Shown here: one piece after another, positions 35,567 to 47,099 of the stretch
How positions within the stretch are numbered: position 1 is the stretch's first letter
Layout of the letters: every line of letters starts with the position of its first letter
NCBI GenBank assembly: GCA_951406725.2
Contig: OX597820.1
Coordinates: 67,332,001-67,396,000 of the forward strand
From: Octopus vulgaris
Lineage: Eukaryota
DNA length: 64,000 bases
Direction of reading: 5' to 3'
Position numbers and translations under genes: made by a program
The notes under the pieces: model-generated
The model's database searches: none
What the model was told of the DNA's origin: nothing
What the model saw: only the letters and a program-made list of their open reading frames with translations

Positions 35567-36263
35567 CTGTGATTCTCAACTGGGAGCTATATGGCTCCTG
35601 AGGGTCCATATAAGATTTTTGGGGTTCATGCAACAAAATAGTAAATTGGGGATCCACAATAGTATTTTAAGGACTCTTGAAAAATTTTTGCTTTAGATTG
35701 TTGCCAGTGGCCCGTAAAAAGCACCATTCGAGCATTATCATTGCCAGCGTCACCTTACTGGCACATGAAAAACAATATTTGAGCGTGGTCGTTGCCAGTT
35801 CTCCCGGACTGGCTCCCATGCAGGTGGCATGTAAAAAACACCTTTTGAGCATCACTGTTGCCAGTACCGCATGACTGGCCCTTGTGCCGGTGGCACATAA
35901 AAGCACCCACTACACTCTCAGAGTGGTTGGCGTTAGGAAGGGCATCTAGCTGTAGAAACATTGCCAGATCAGATTAGAGCCTGGAGCAGCCTTCTGGCTC
36001 ACCAGTCCTCAGTCAAACCGTCCAACCCATGTCAGCATGGAAAATGGACGTTAAACGATGATGATGATGATGTATGTGTTGGTTTCTTTCTCTAACATTT
36101 TACGTAGTTCAACCTACACTAGTTAATGTATGAACAACAAAATAGGAATTTTGAAGGAAGTTTCTATAAAACTAGTTTTTAAACATCGAATGACTATGGG
36201 GATCCACCAGAGTAAAATAGTAATCAAAGGGACCCATAGATAAAAAGTGGTTGAGAACCCCTG
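35567..36263. mobile_element. hAT-Charlie-like MITE with a nested family B repeat (35697-36072)
   Basis: TIRs ctgtgattctcaac / gttgagaacccctg; TSD atctaagt / gtctaggc (NTCTAGAN-like). Confidence 0.7.
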
Positions 36264-36299
36264 GTCTAGGCAATCACAAGAACCACTGAGGGAATCATG

Positions 36300-36755
36300 G
36301 CTAAAAATCTGTAAGTACTTATTCTGTCCACTGATGCAAAATGGAACGAATTCTTCTACTTACACATAGTGTACTTCGAAAAGAGTGATAAGAATAGTAA
36401 TGAAGCTCTACAAGAACACAAGAAATAAAGTTCACTCTCCTGTTGGAGACAGCATCTTCTTTGATATCAGTGCAGTTTTTTACAAATTGATGTACTTGCA
36501 CTGTTCTTATTTATCATCTATCTGGATTACATCCATCACACTTTGACAGGATTAAAGAACTCAGCTTCACTTGAACAAGATTCATCTCCCCTTATCACCC
36601 GTCTCTACAATAACAGATGCAGATTACGGTAATGATATTGCTCTCTTTGCAGACATCTTCTTTGAAGCTACCACTCTTCTACATAACCTTGCAAAAATGG
36701 CTGAATATATTGGTCCATATCTCAATGCCTCAAAGATTGAATATATCTGCTAGAA
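36300..36755 (+). mobile_element. Degenerate LINE (RTE-like) reverse-transcriptase fragment
   Basis: ITDADYGNDIALFAD is a decayed YADD motif, followed by LNASKIEYI. Confidence 0.65.
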
Positions 36756-37371
36756 TCAAGGTGCAAGTGTGGTTGTTTGGATGAAGATTGCTTCCCAACT
36801 ACATTGTTTCAGGCTTAGTGCCACTGTTTGGCTCCTTGGACAAGTGTCTTCTACAATAGCGCTGAGCCAACTAAAGCCTTGTGAGTGGATTTGGTTAACG
36901 GAAACTGAAAGAAACTCATCATATATCTGGGTGGTTGTATGTATGTATGTATGTGTGTGTGTGTGTATTACTGTCTCCTTCCTTTGACATCACATAATAA
37001 TTGTAAGCGAATGTCACCATGATTTCCAATCTTCCATGCAAGCATATTCGTCAAGGGGAAATGGGTGAGGGTTGGAGACAGGAAAGGCATCCAGCTGTGG
37101 AAAATCCACCTCAACTAATTCTGTCTGACCCTTTGCAAGCATGGAACAATGAATGCTAAAACATTGATCATGATGATGAACCAAGAGAGCTAAATAATCA
37201 CAATCACAAAAAATCCTTTAAAATCTATAAACATTGCATCTACAGGAAAGGGCATAGAAATTGTTCTCTTCCAGATGATAAAAAGGATTTTTTTTGTTTA
37301 TTTGCTTTTTTTTTGTCTGGATATCATTGGTATCTAGTGATCTTCTGCTGTGCCACTATAGAACCTTAGTG

Positions 37372-37509
37372 TAACCAACCACACGGTTCCAGGTTCATTC
37401 CCACTGCGTGGCACCTTGGGCAAGTGTCTTCTACTATAGCCTCGGACCGACCAAAGCCTTGTGAGTGGATTTGGTAGACGGAAACTGAAAGAAGCCCGTC
37501 GTATATATG

Positions 37510-37542
<33 letters not shown>

Positions 37543-37750
37543 CTGTGTTTGTCCCCCAACATCGCTTGACAACCAATGGTGGTGTGTTTACATCCCCGTA
37601 ACTTAGTGGCTCAGCAAAAGAGACCGATAGAATAAGCACTAGGCTTCCAAAGAATAAGTCCTGGGGTCGATTTGCTTGACTAAAGGCAGTGCTCCAGCAT
37701 GGCTGCAGTCAAATGACTGAAACAAATAATAGTAAAAGTAAAGTAAAGCA
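37372..37750 (+). mobile_element. SINE family A (5' end clipped)
   Basis: B box, core, microsatellite and tail match 1612-2015. Confidence 0.85.
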
Positions 37751-38387
37751 AGTAAATAACCTAAAGGCAAGACTTGATGTCATTTAAACTCATTTATTAC
37801 AAGTTATTCTCTTAATTCGTCTTCGGTCAATTCACCTGTGGTGAGTGAGTTTGTGACACTGCAGTTTGTTGCCAGGTCAATTCATTGCTAATATTCAAAT
37901 CAGAATTTTCTTAAATGTTGCTTAACCCTTTAGCATTCAGATTTTTTAGTCAAAAGTAGTACTAATTTATTCTTTATTCACATTGTTTTAAATTAATAAT
38001 ATATTATCTTGTGGTTTTGAGATTTTGATGATGTGATCGTATATTTTTATAATGACATTGTAGGGTAGGTGTGAGAGGCCAAATCTGACTGGTTGGAACA
38101 TAAAACAGGTAGAATGTTTGTGCCAGTTTAAATCCTAAGTATTGAACTGATGTTGAGGAATACAAATTTTCTATTGATATCAGGATGTGGAAAATGACAA
38201 AAATTAAAATGTAATATCTAAAACATACAGTTGAAAAAACTAAAAAGCATAATCTTTTTTTTCATAAAATTTCTATTTTGTTTTTATCCTGTTTCATTCC
38301 TTTATTTTATTGACCATAGTAAAAATGACATGTATAGAATATAGATGGTTATATAAACTGAAAATTAGATTTACTTAAATTTATACA

Positions 38388-38450
38388 TCCATTGTATGGT
38401 TAGGCTTTCTGGCTTTTACCTAGGTTGGTGTTCAATTCCTGGCATGGGAA
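38388..38450 (+). pseudogene. Decayed tRNA-Glu(TTC)-derived sequence
   Basis: tcc..tggttagg-ctttctgg-cttttac-ctagg..gttcaattcc-tggcatgggaa follows the metazoan tRNA-Glu pattern (TGGTTAGGATTCCTGG.TTTCACCCAGG..GTTCGA.TCCCGG.ATGGGAA) with deletions. Confidence 0.6.
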
Positions 38451-38478
38451 TGCATTATTTACAGGTACAGGTGTGACC

Positions 38479-38609
38479 TCACATAAAAAAGGAATCTCTT
38501 AACAATTATCAAACCTGCCATATAAGAATGTTGGTACTCATCTCCAAAATGGAGATGAGTACCCCTTGTGGCAGTCTTGATAATTGTTAAGAGATTCCTC
38601 TTTACATGA
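38479..38609. repeat. Long imperfect hairpin
   Basis: ggaatctcttaacaattatcaa / ttgataattgttaagagattcc outer stem and ggtactcatctcca / tggagatgagtacc inner stem. Confidence 0.85.
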
Positions 38610-38789
38610 AACCATTGGTAGCCTTGTTAACACATACACACACATATTCCAGGAGGTGACAAATTCAAAGAAGCTATCTCCATAACATTGTACCTTTTCT
38701 CTGTATTTTATCACCCGTTTACTGTTTTAAGATGTAATATTTCTAGTCAAGTCTCCTCTCCACAACAATCTTTGTTTTACTGTTTTATT

Positions 38790-38823
38790 ACTCCTTATAT
38801 CTTATACCGTTTTACTATTTCAG
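38790..38823 (+). other. 3' splice acceptor of the ZNF2 coding exon
   Basis: Pyrimidine tract ..cgttttactatttcag|agAATTTGTCACCAACGATAC, homologous to the ZNF1 and ZNF3 acceptors. Confidence 0.75.
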
Positions 38824-38965
38824 AGAATTTGTCACCAACGATACATTAATGAAGACTGACATTATCAACAAGACCATGTGACATTGATTACATAACCTTG
38901 AAGTAATTTATGTATTTATAAAAGAAAGGAATTACATTTGCAGTTAATGAACCACAGGCAACAAT

Positions 38966-40672
38966 ATGGAGGAGACATTGAGGAGTGAGGGTCAAGCTCA
39001 CGTTGAAATAAAATCTGAGAATAAAGATATATCTCATGAGACAAAGTTAGATGTAGCAAAACAGTTCTACACCTGTGATGTGTGTTTACTAATATTCTCT
39101 GATGTTGAAAGTTTGACTACTCACAAACTTACCCACACAGATAAAAAAACACATCACTGTGATATCTGTGCCAAAGTATTCTCCGACAGTTCAAAATTAA
39201 CTCGTCATAAATGTACTCACACAAGAGTGAAGCCATATTGCTGCGATGTCTGCGGCAAAACGTTCTCTCGCAACGATAATCTGACACGTCATAAATATAT
39301 ACACTCGGGCAAAAAACCAAGCCGCTGTGAAGTCTGCGGTAAAACATTTTACACAATTGAAAATTTGACTGCTCATAAACGTATTCATACTGAGGAGAAG
39401 CCATACTCTTGTAATATCTGTGGTGAGAAGTTTCGTGAAAGTAAAGTATTAAGTTCTCATAAACGTATTCATATAGATGAGAAACCGTACCACTGTGATG
39501 TGTGTGGTAAAAAGTTCTCTCAAAATGGCTATTTAAATTATCATAAACTCATTCACACGGGAGAGAAACCATACCACTGTGCTATCTGTAGCAAAGCATT
39601 TTCTCGGAATGATTATTTAAAGCGTCACCTACGTATTCATACTGGGATAAAGCCATATGAATGTGATATCTGTGGTAAAAGATTCTCCGGAAGTGGACAT
39701 CTGACATGTCATAAACGTACACACACAGGTAAGAAACCATACCAATGTGATGTCTGTGGTAAATCGTTCTCAGCCAGTGGAAATTTATCTTGTCATAAGC
39801 GCATTCATTCAGAGGAGAAGCCATACAAATGTGATGTCTGTGATAAATCATTCTCTCAAAGTGGACATTTAAGTAATCACCGAAATATTCACACAGGAGA
39901 GAGACCATACCAGTGTGATGTCTGTGGGAAAACCTTCTCAGTAAGTGGAGATTTGTCTCGTCATAAACGCATTCACAGTGGTATAAAACCTTACCAATGC
40001 GATATCTGTGGTCGAGCATTTTACGAAATGAAATCATTAATTAGCCATAAATATAATCATATGGATGAGAAACCGTTCAGCTGTGATATCTGTTTTAAAA
40101 CTTTCTCTCAGAATACTTATTTGAAACGTCACAAGCGCATTCACACAGCTGTAAAAACTCGTGATTCTGGCATGTCCAATAAAGAGCTAGCTGCAAGTGA
40201 AAATCTAACTTCTCGTGATTATATTTTCACAAGTGAGAAATTGCACCAGTGTGATATCTGTGGTAAAATATTTTCACAAAAGAGATATTTAGTTAGTCAC
40301 AGAGATATTCATACATGTGATAAACCATATCATTGTAATGTATGTGGTAAATCATTCTCTCAGAACGAATATTTGACTCTTCACCAACGCATACACATAG
40401 AAAGGCCATATCCATGTGAAACTTGTGGTAAAACATTTTCTACAACTAAAATTCTAACCCGTCATAAACGTATCCATACTGGAGAAAAACCATACCATTG
40501 TGATATATGTAGTAAGTCATTCTCTCGAAACGAATATTTGACACTTCACAAACGTATTCACACAGGAGAAAAACCATATTCTTGTGATATTTGTGGTAAA
40601 GCCTTCTCTGCAAAAAAAATCTTAACACGTCATAAAATGTATTCACACAACAGAGAAACCATGCTATTGTGA
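38966..40672 (+). CDS. Poly-C2H2 zinc-finger protein, 568 aa (ZNF paralogue 2); 19 finger repeats, about 18 intact
   Basis: Tandem C2H2 repeats with TGEKPY linkers; start context aacaatATGG. Confidence 0.95.
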   Translation: MEETLRSEGQAHVEIKSENKDISHETKLDVAKQFYTCDVCLLIFSDVESLTTHKLTHTDKKTHHCDICAKVFSDSSKLTRHKCTHTRVKPYCCDVCGKTFSRNDNLTRHKYIHSGKKPSRCEVCGKTFYTIENLTAHKRIHTEEKPYSCNICGEKFRESKVLSSHKRIHIDEKPYHCDVCGKKFSQNGYLNYHKLIHTGEKPYHCAICSKAFSRNDYLKRHLRIHTGIKPYECDICGKRFSGSGHLTCHKRTHTGKKPYQCDVCGKSFSASGNLSCHKRIHSEEKPYKCDVCDKSFSQSGHLSNHRNIHTGERPYQCDVCGKTFSVSGDLSRHKRIHSGIKPYQCDICGRAFYEMKSLISHKYNHMDEKPFSCDICFKTFSQNTYLKRHKRIHTAVKTRDSGMSNKELAASENLTSRDYIFTSEKLHQCDICGKIFSQKRYLVSHRDIHTCDKPYHCNVCGKSFSQNEYLTLHQRIHIERPYPCETCGKTFSTTKILTRHKRIHTGEKPYHCDICSKSFSRNEYLTLHKRIHTGEKPYSCDICGKAFSAKKILTRHKMYSHNRETMLL

Positions 40673-40688
40673 TATCTGCAGTAAACAA

Positions 40689-41072
40689 TCTCTCTCTATA
40701 TAAACGGCAGTTTGTCTGTGTGTGTTTCTGTGTGTCTGTCAGGTTGTACCCTCACCCTGACCACGGCTTTCAACCGATTCTGATGAAACTTGACACACAC
40801 ATAGCCCAATGTCATAATTCAAAACTAACGCAGCGAAAATTTTGAAAAGTTCCCCCAGTTCTGAAAAAAATCGATAAATTCGACATGGGGTCGAGAATCA
40901 GAAACCCAAACCACAGACCGTCTAGGGGACGCAACTCCACCTTTTTTAACTCTCAAAAAAAATTTACCATCATTTTTTTCCATTTTTTTGCTATTTTTTG
41001 GCTATAACTCTCTAAAAATGCTTTATAGTTATTTCCCTTACAAACCTGAGCAACACCGGGCGATACTGCTAG
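40689..41072 (+). mobile_element. Non-autonomous Helitron
   Basis: 5' TC, 3' CTAG, inserted at A|T with no TSD; subterminal GC-rich imperfect palindrome cctgagcaacaccggg; 5' (CTGT/GT) microsatellite. Confidence 0.8.
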
Positions 41073-41992
41073 TCCTCATATAAAAACTACTTAAAATATT
41101 TATCAGTTTTCACACACTGGAGTAACCATAGTGTGTGTTAAATATTGGAGATGGATCAAATATCTTTTGTAACATAATACTTGTCATTTTTGCAGTACAT
41201 TAAGGCTGTAATTGTCATCCCCGCTGAAGTACAATGATATAGTAATCATGTTGTTAACTAAATAAGGTAAATTATGTAGCAAGCTTTAGTTAATCATCAT
41301 CATCATCATCATCATCGTTTAACGTCCGTTTTCCGCGCTAGCACGGGTTGGACGGTTTTGCCCTTCCTAACGCCAACCACTCCGCGAGTGTAGTGGGTGT
41401 TTTTTACGTGCCACCTGCACAGGTGCCAGAGGGGTAAAAGTGATCTCGTCTTACTGTAAGGAGAACCTACTGATCTAATTATTAAATGAGTGTAGCATAA
41501 CTAAATTTAGCTTTTCCTACCTCACATCGTGTTTGGTTTAGTACCACCCCTTAGATTTGGACATGGAGGCATTTGAGAAAGCTCAGTCTGCTGTATACAT
41601 TTAGATAAAGCCAACAATTGTCTTTTTATGACAATTATTAATAAAAAATGTTCTTGATCATCAAGCAAGTGGATGGGCAAAAAACTAACACCTTAAATAT
41701 GTCGCTTTACGTCTTTCACTAAAACCAAAGCCTCTAACCTCAAAACTCCCTGTGCTGCATAGACAAGGAACATTGCCCACAAGTCTTGTAAGTTTTTATC
41801 AACTTTAACCCTCTAGCAATTAAATTGTTCGTATTCAGCCAAAATATTTTTCCTGTTTTATGTTCAAACTGGCCAGAACAAGCCTCTCACAACTGCCCTC
41901 CAGTGTTAGTCTAAAAATGTAGTCGTAATCAAAATCTCAAGGCTACAAGATAATGCAGAATAAATTCTATACAATTTGAATAAATAAGCATT

Positions 41993-43165
41993 ACATCATC
42001 ATCATCGTTTAACGTCCGTTTTCCACGCTAGCATGGGTTGGACGGTTCGACCGGGGTCTGGGAAGCCAGGGGCTGCACCAGGCTCCAGTCTGATCTGGCA
42101 GTGTTTCTACAGCTGGATGCCCTTCCTAACGCCAACCACTCCGCGAGTGTAGTGGGTGCTTTTTATGTGCCACCTGCACAGGTGCCAGGCAAGTCTGGCA
42201 TCAGCCACGATCAGTTGGTGCCTTTTATGTGCCACCGGCACGGAAGCCAGCCAAGGTGGTGCTGGTATCGGCCATGTTCAGATGGTGCTTTTTATGTGTC
42301 ACCAGCACAGAAGCCAGTCGAGGCGACGCTGGCATCGGCCACGTTCGGATGGTACTTTTTATGTGCCACCGGCACAGAAGCCAGTCGAGGCGGCGCTGGC
42401 ATCGGCCACTAGAATAATCTGAATACTGAGGGATTAACACTACCTCGGGTTATTTTCTAAAAAAAAAACAGTAAATACCTTGGTACATTACTCAACCATG
42501 AAACTCTCTCATCTTGCAAACTGTGGTAGAGTCATCTGGCCCCTTGCAGACTCTTCCAGTCTGCTGTTCCTCAAACTAGCTGGCTCTGTTAGCAACAGAC
42601 ACACATGCTGTTAAAAGTCCTACATTTTCTGTCACCAGCTTTAGTTTCCAACTTTATATTGCATGTTCTTAACTAGACATTATACTCTATCTCTGGTTTC
42701 ACTTACCCAACATGTGAAAATCTCTTATCACATCAACCCAACAAAGTGACTAGTCCTAACTCTTTCCCTTCCATCAATCATAAGCAGCACATTCAATTTA
42801 CATCCAACCTTTCCAAACACTTCAACCTCTCTCTCATCATCATCATCATCGTTTAACGTCCGTTTTCCATGCTGGCATGGGTTGGACGATTTGATTGAGG
42901 ACTGGTGAACCAGATGGCTGCACCAAGCTCCAATCTGATCTGGCACAGTTTCTACAGTTAGATACTCTTCCTAACTCCAACCACTCCTAGAGTGTAGTGG
43001 GTGCTTTTACATGCCACCGGCACAAGGACCGCTCAGGTGGTACTGGCAACGGTCACACTCAAAAGGTGTTTTTTACATGCCACCTGCACAGGAGCCAGTC
43101 CAGCGGCACTGGCAACAACCTCGCTCGAATGTTTTTTCACATGCCACTGTTACAAGTGCCTGTGT
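41993..43165 (-). mobile_element. Two reverse family B (RTE-tail) repeats with internal ~60-67 bp tandem units
   Basis: (CAT)n-cgtttaacgtcc heads at about 41993 and 42835; repeated gtgctttttatgtgccacc units. Confidence 0.75.
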
Positions 43166-43180
43166 CCCATCACCCTAAGG

Positions 43181-43722
43181 CAGTATTTCTCAACCTTTTT
43201 ACCCTTATGTAACCCTTAAAAAAATGACATGTCTCAAGGAACCCCTCCACAAAAAATATTATATACCATATCTTTCTCATTTTTTTCATCGTGGTTCATG
43301 TGGTAAATATATATATAAAATTAGAAAAAAAAAACACCTTTTATCAATTCAAAATGAACAATTAAATTACACTATCTAGAAAATTACATATAATAGAAAC
43401 ATTAAAATTAAAATAACAATAAAATACCAATGATTAAGTAAATGGCAAAAAAATAATAAAAACATATAATTATATACCAATTATATAAATATATATCAAC
43501 TATATATGATGATGATGATGATGATGATATGGTTGTTATATTTTTGGGGTAACATAATAGGTTAGATTGGATGATGTCTATATTACAATAACCAATATGT
43601 TGTGTGTATAGTAATATTATAATCATGAAATTAGCATAGCTTATTTCACTCTTTCTCAGGGAACCCCTAGGAACCTTTTGCAGAACCCTAGGGTTCCAGG
43701 GAACCCCGGTTGAGAAATGCTG
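43181..43722. mobile_element. hAT-Charlie-like MITE
   Basis: TIRs cagtatttctcaacc / ggttgagaaatgctg; TSD ccctaagg / ccttaagt. Confidence 0.75.
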
Positions 43723-43739
43723 CCTTAAGTAGTTAGTTT

Positions 43740-44370
43740 CTCTAATGCTGCTTACTAACTTATTGCTCTTGTTCTTTTTCACTATTTGAAAGACAGTACT
43801 TGAATCGGCAATCGACGCTTCCTTTTTAAAGACCTCCAACACAGTTTCTGTAGATTCAGAAGAACTGGACACTTGCTTTTCCATGTTATTCACCACTTTG
43901 CTCCTGAAAACTCTAATAGAAGCAAAGTTGGAGCAAATTTTTCAATCGTGTTTGGTATAAGAACCTCCTATTTAAGTTACCCATCTATGCTTTCCATCTG
44001 TCTTTCATTTCTTAGATTCATGTCAGATCATTTGCAACAAGTACCAACAAACTATCTGAGTCACACTCTATAAACTCTGGTGTACCACAAGGATCGATTC
44101 TATCACCCACATATTTCATTTTGTATATTTTGTTATTAACCTGTTTACTGCCACATCTAGAAACACACTTCCATGCAGATGATTCTACCCTTCATTTGTC
44201 CTTAAGCTTCTTGAAACAGACAAAATCCATATCTCATACCTCACACAAGACCTGCACTGCCTCCATAAACAGAACTCTTTAAAAATCCTTTAACTGTGAA
44301 AGCTGTAGTCTCTTTCAAATGCAAAGTGACACTAACACAAACCTGTAATATTTTATCATTCCTGACTCTT
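43740..44370 (+). mobile_element. Degenerate CR1/L2-like LINE RT fragment
   Basis: SINSGVPQGSILSPTYFILYI near 44066-44130 and a (H/Y)ADDST motif near 44172-44190. Confidence 0.75.
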
Positions 44371-44806
44371 TAAAGCAATTTGTTATATCATGATTGAGAA
44401 AATATTTGATAGAAATAGCCATAATAAGTTTCATAAATGTAATTTTTTTCTATTATGAAATATTTCTGTAGTAGCATTCATCAAATAGTTTTAAAATTTT
44501 CCATCTCAAAATAACAGAATTTGAAGGTTATTTCATTAAATTTTCTTCCTGCATTTCCACAACATTGTATTTAAGCTTAATATAAACTGCTATTTGTCAT
44601 TATAACCATGGACTATATCAAATCTTACCATAAATGATATACGATATGGGATAACTTGTAATTACATTTTACATAATTGTATGAACCACTCTGTTAAATT
44701 ATTACAGTTTATAAAGGTGTGGTTGCTTCATCCCAAATACATCATTTCAGGGGTAGGGGGTAATGAATTTACAACAAATTATTAGCAAATGCCTATTTTC
44801 ATCAGT

Positions 44807-44812
44807 AATAAA
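44807..44812 (+). terminator. Candidate poly(A) signal of ZNF2
   Basis: AATAAA at a position aligned with AATAAA 61166-61171 within the paralogous 3' block. Confidence 0.4.
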
Positions 44813-45796
44813 TATTTGTATCTTGAAAATTGCTTTCTTTGTGTTAAAACTTGTCCTAACTCTTGTCTCATGAAATATTGTCTGTAAAAAAATTTTAAAA
44901 GCTAAAAAGGAATAGACCAAGAACAATATGTAAAATATATATAAAAGAATAAATAAAACTTATGAAAATACTTGTAAATGTATCAATCTTTGCTTCACTT
45001 TTTAAATGGTAATTTTCATTTATTCTTTAAATTTTGTCTTTATAAAAGATGTCAGCTGCACTTTTTCTGTCGTTTACATCTGAATGAAACAGAATTTGTT
45101 TTTGGTGGCACAGATCTTTTATTTTTAGATGTTCTCAGGGCCTCACCAGCCCTCAGATTTATTGTGACACCATGCAATCAATAAACAGTTGTTAGATAAC
45201 TCTGCCTTTATACTTCATTTGCCTTTTATCAGCCCCTGTTGGCAAAAACTTCCCTCAATATCTTATCTTTTATCATTAGTATTGAGTGTGTGTATATATT
45301 TTTAGACACCAGGAAGACATGGGATGAAGTGGTGAAGCATAGTCTTCAAATGTTGGGTCTCACAGAGGCAATGACAAATGACCGTGACCTTTGGTGATTT
45401 GGTGTGCTTGAAAAGACCTGTCAAGCCAAGTGAAATCGTAATTGTGGCACATAACAGCTCCCTTGCTGATGACATATAAAAGCACCCATGCTGATCACAA
45501 ATAAAAGGCACCCACCACACTCTCAGAGTGATTGGCATTAGGAAGGGCGTCCAACCATAGAAACCAAGCCAAAATTAGACAGGAACCTAGTGCAGCTCTC
45601 TGGCTTACCAGTTCCAGTCAAACCAATTAATCCATGCCAGCATGGAAAGCAGCCACTAACTGATGATGATGATGACAGCTTTGGTCCCATTATTACTTCT
45701 ATATTATATTTCATATTTTGTGTGCATGTGTATCAGCTTACAGCTCTAAGCCAAAGAAGTTGATTACATAATTTCTTTTTTCTTACTCATTCAATA

Positions 45797-46148
45797 TTCT
45801 TTTACTTGTTTCAGTCATTTGACTGCAGCCATGCTGGAGCACCACCTTTAGTCGAGCAAATCGACCCCAGGACTTATTCTTTGGAAGCCTATTACTTATT
45901 CTATCTGTCTATTTTGCTGAACTGCTAAGTTACGGGGACATAAACACCAGCATCGGTTGTCAAGCGATGTTGGGGGGATAAACACAGACACACATATATA
46001 TATACGACAGGCTTCTTTCAGTTTCTACCTACCAAATCCACTCACAAGACTTTGGTCGGCCAGAGGCTATAGCAGAAGACACTTGCCCAAGATGCCATGC
46101 AGTGGGAATGAACCCAGAACCATGTGGTTACTAAGCAAGCTACTTACC
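45797..46148 (-). mobile_element. SINE family A
   Basis: Reverse complement of the family A sequence. Confidence 0.85.
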
Positions 46149-46299
46149 ACACAGCCACTCCTGCGCCTGTTAATAATATGCTTTGTATTTGCCTTAAGCC
46201 TTATTCTAAAGCACGTATGTATACTGGTCATTAATATCACTTTAATTAAGTGAAATCATATTCCACTAGGTGTACCCATTGCAAAGTATGAACTCACAA

Positions 46300-47090
46300 G
46301 AGGTGCAGTGAGATAGTAGGAAGATTAACAGAGAAAGTAGTGTTTGTATGTGGAAGATGTATGGAAACCATAAAGAACACAGATACATGGGAAACTGATT
46401 TCCTCCAATGTCCTGGTAGCTCTCAGCAAGTTGTAGGTAATTTTTGCTAACTAGGTAACCTAATAAACAGTGGAGGAGGTTGTACAAAAGGTGTTAAATG
46501 CTAGAATAAGAATAGGATGGAGGAAGTTCAGAGAGCATTTACCTTTGTTGACAGCCAAAGGTCTCTCTTTCCAAGTGCAGGGAAGATTGTATGGTGCATG
46601 TGTATGGGCTGCTATACTGCATAGTAGTGAAACATGGGCCCTGAATGTGGAGGACATGTAAATGCTGGAGCAAAACAAAGCTGGTATGCTCCAAGATCTG
46701 CAACAGAGCATTGATGTACTGAGAGAGAAGTTAGGTATATGAGGAATTAGATGCAATGTGCAAGAGAGGAAACTGCACTGATATGGTCATGTGAAGCAGA
46801 TGGGTGAGGACAGTTTCATTTAGAGTGGAGGAAAGTTGTGGAAGAGGGAACCCTAGGAAGACAAGTATTGAAGGCCAATCTCAAAACACTGTGGCTTATG
46901 AAGGAGATGAGAGAGGGCCAAGATACGTGGCACATTGCTGTACACACCACAACAGAACTGAGATCCTATGATCAATGTGCCTCATAAAAAGCACTGGTGA
47001 TGGTGCCATGTAAAAATCACCCAGTACACTCTGTAAAGTGGTTGGTATTAGGAAGAGCATCCAGACATACAAACCAAGCCAAAACAAATG
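46300..47090 (+). mobile_element. RTE-clade LINE 3' fragment running into the family B tail
   Basis: NARIRIGWRKFREHLPLLTAKGLSFQVQGRLYGACVWAAILHSSETWAL is a typical RTE ORF C-terminal region; it is followed by cactctgtaaagtggttgg..ggaagagcatcc. Confidence 0.75.
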
Positions 47091-47099
47091 ATAGTAGTA

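Noticed and set aside
40768-40800. CTGATGA followed directly by AAC inside the Helitron
   Set aside because: No stem II between the boxes, so not a hammerhead.
43408-43896. 162 aa minus-strand ORF
   Set aside because: Spans a MITE and an antisense LINE fragment; composition is not protein-like.
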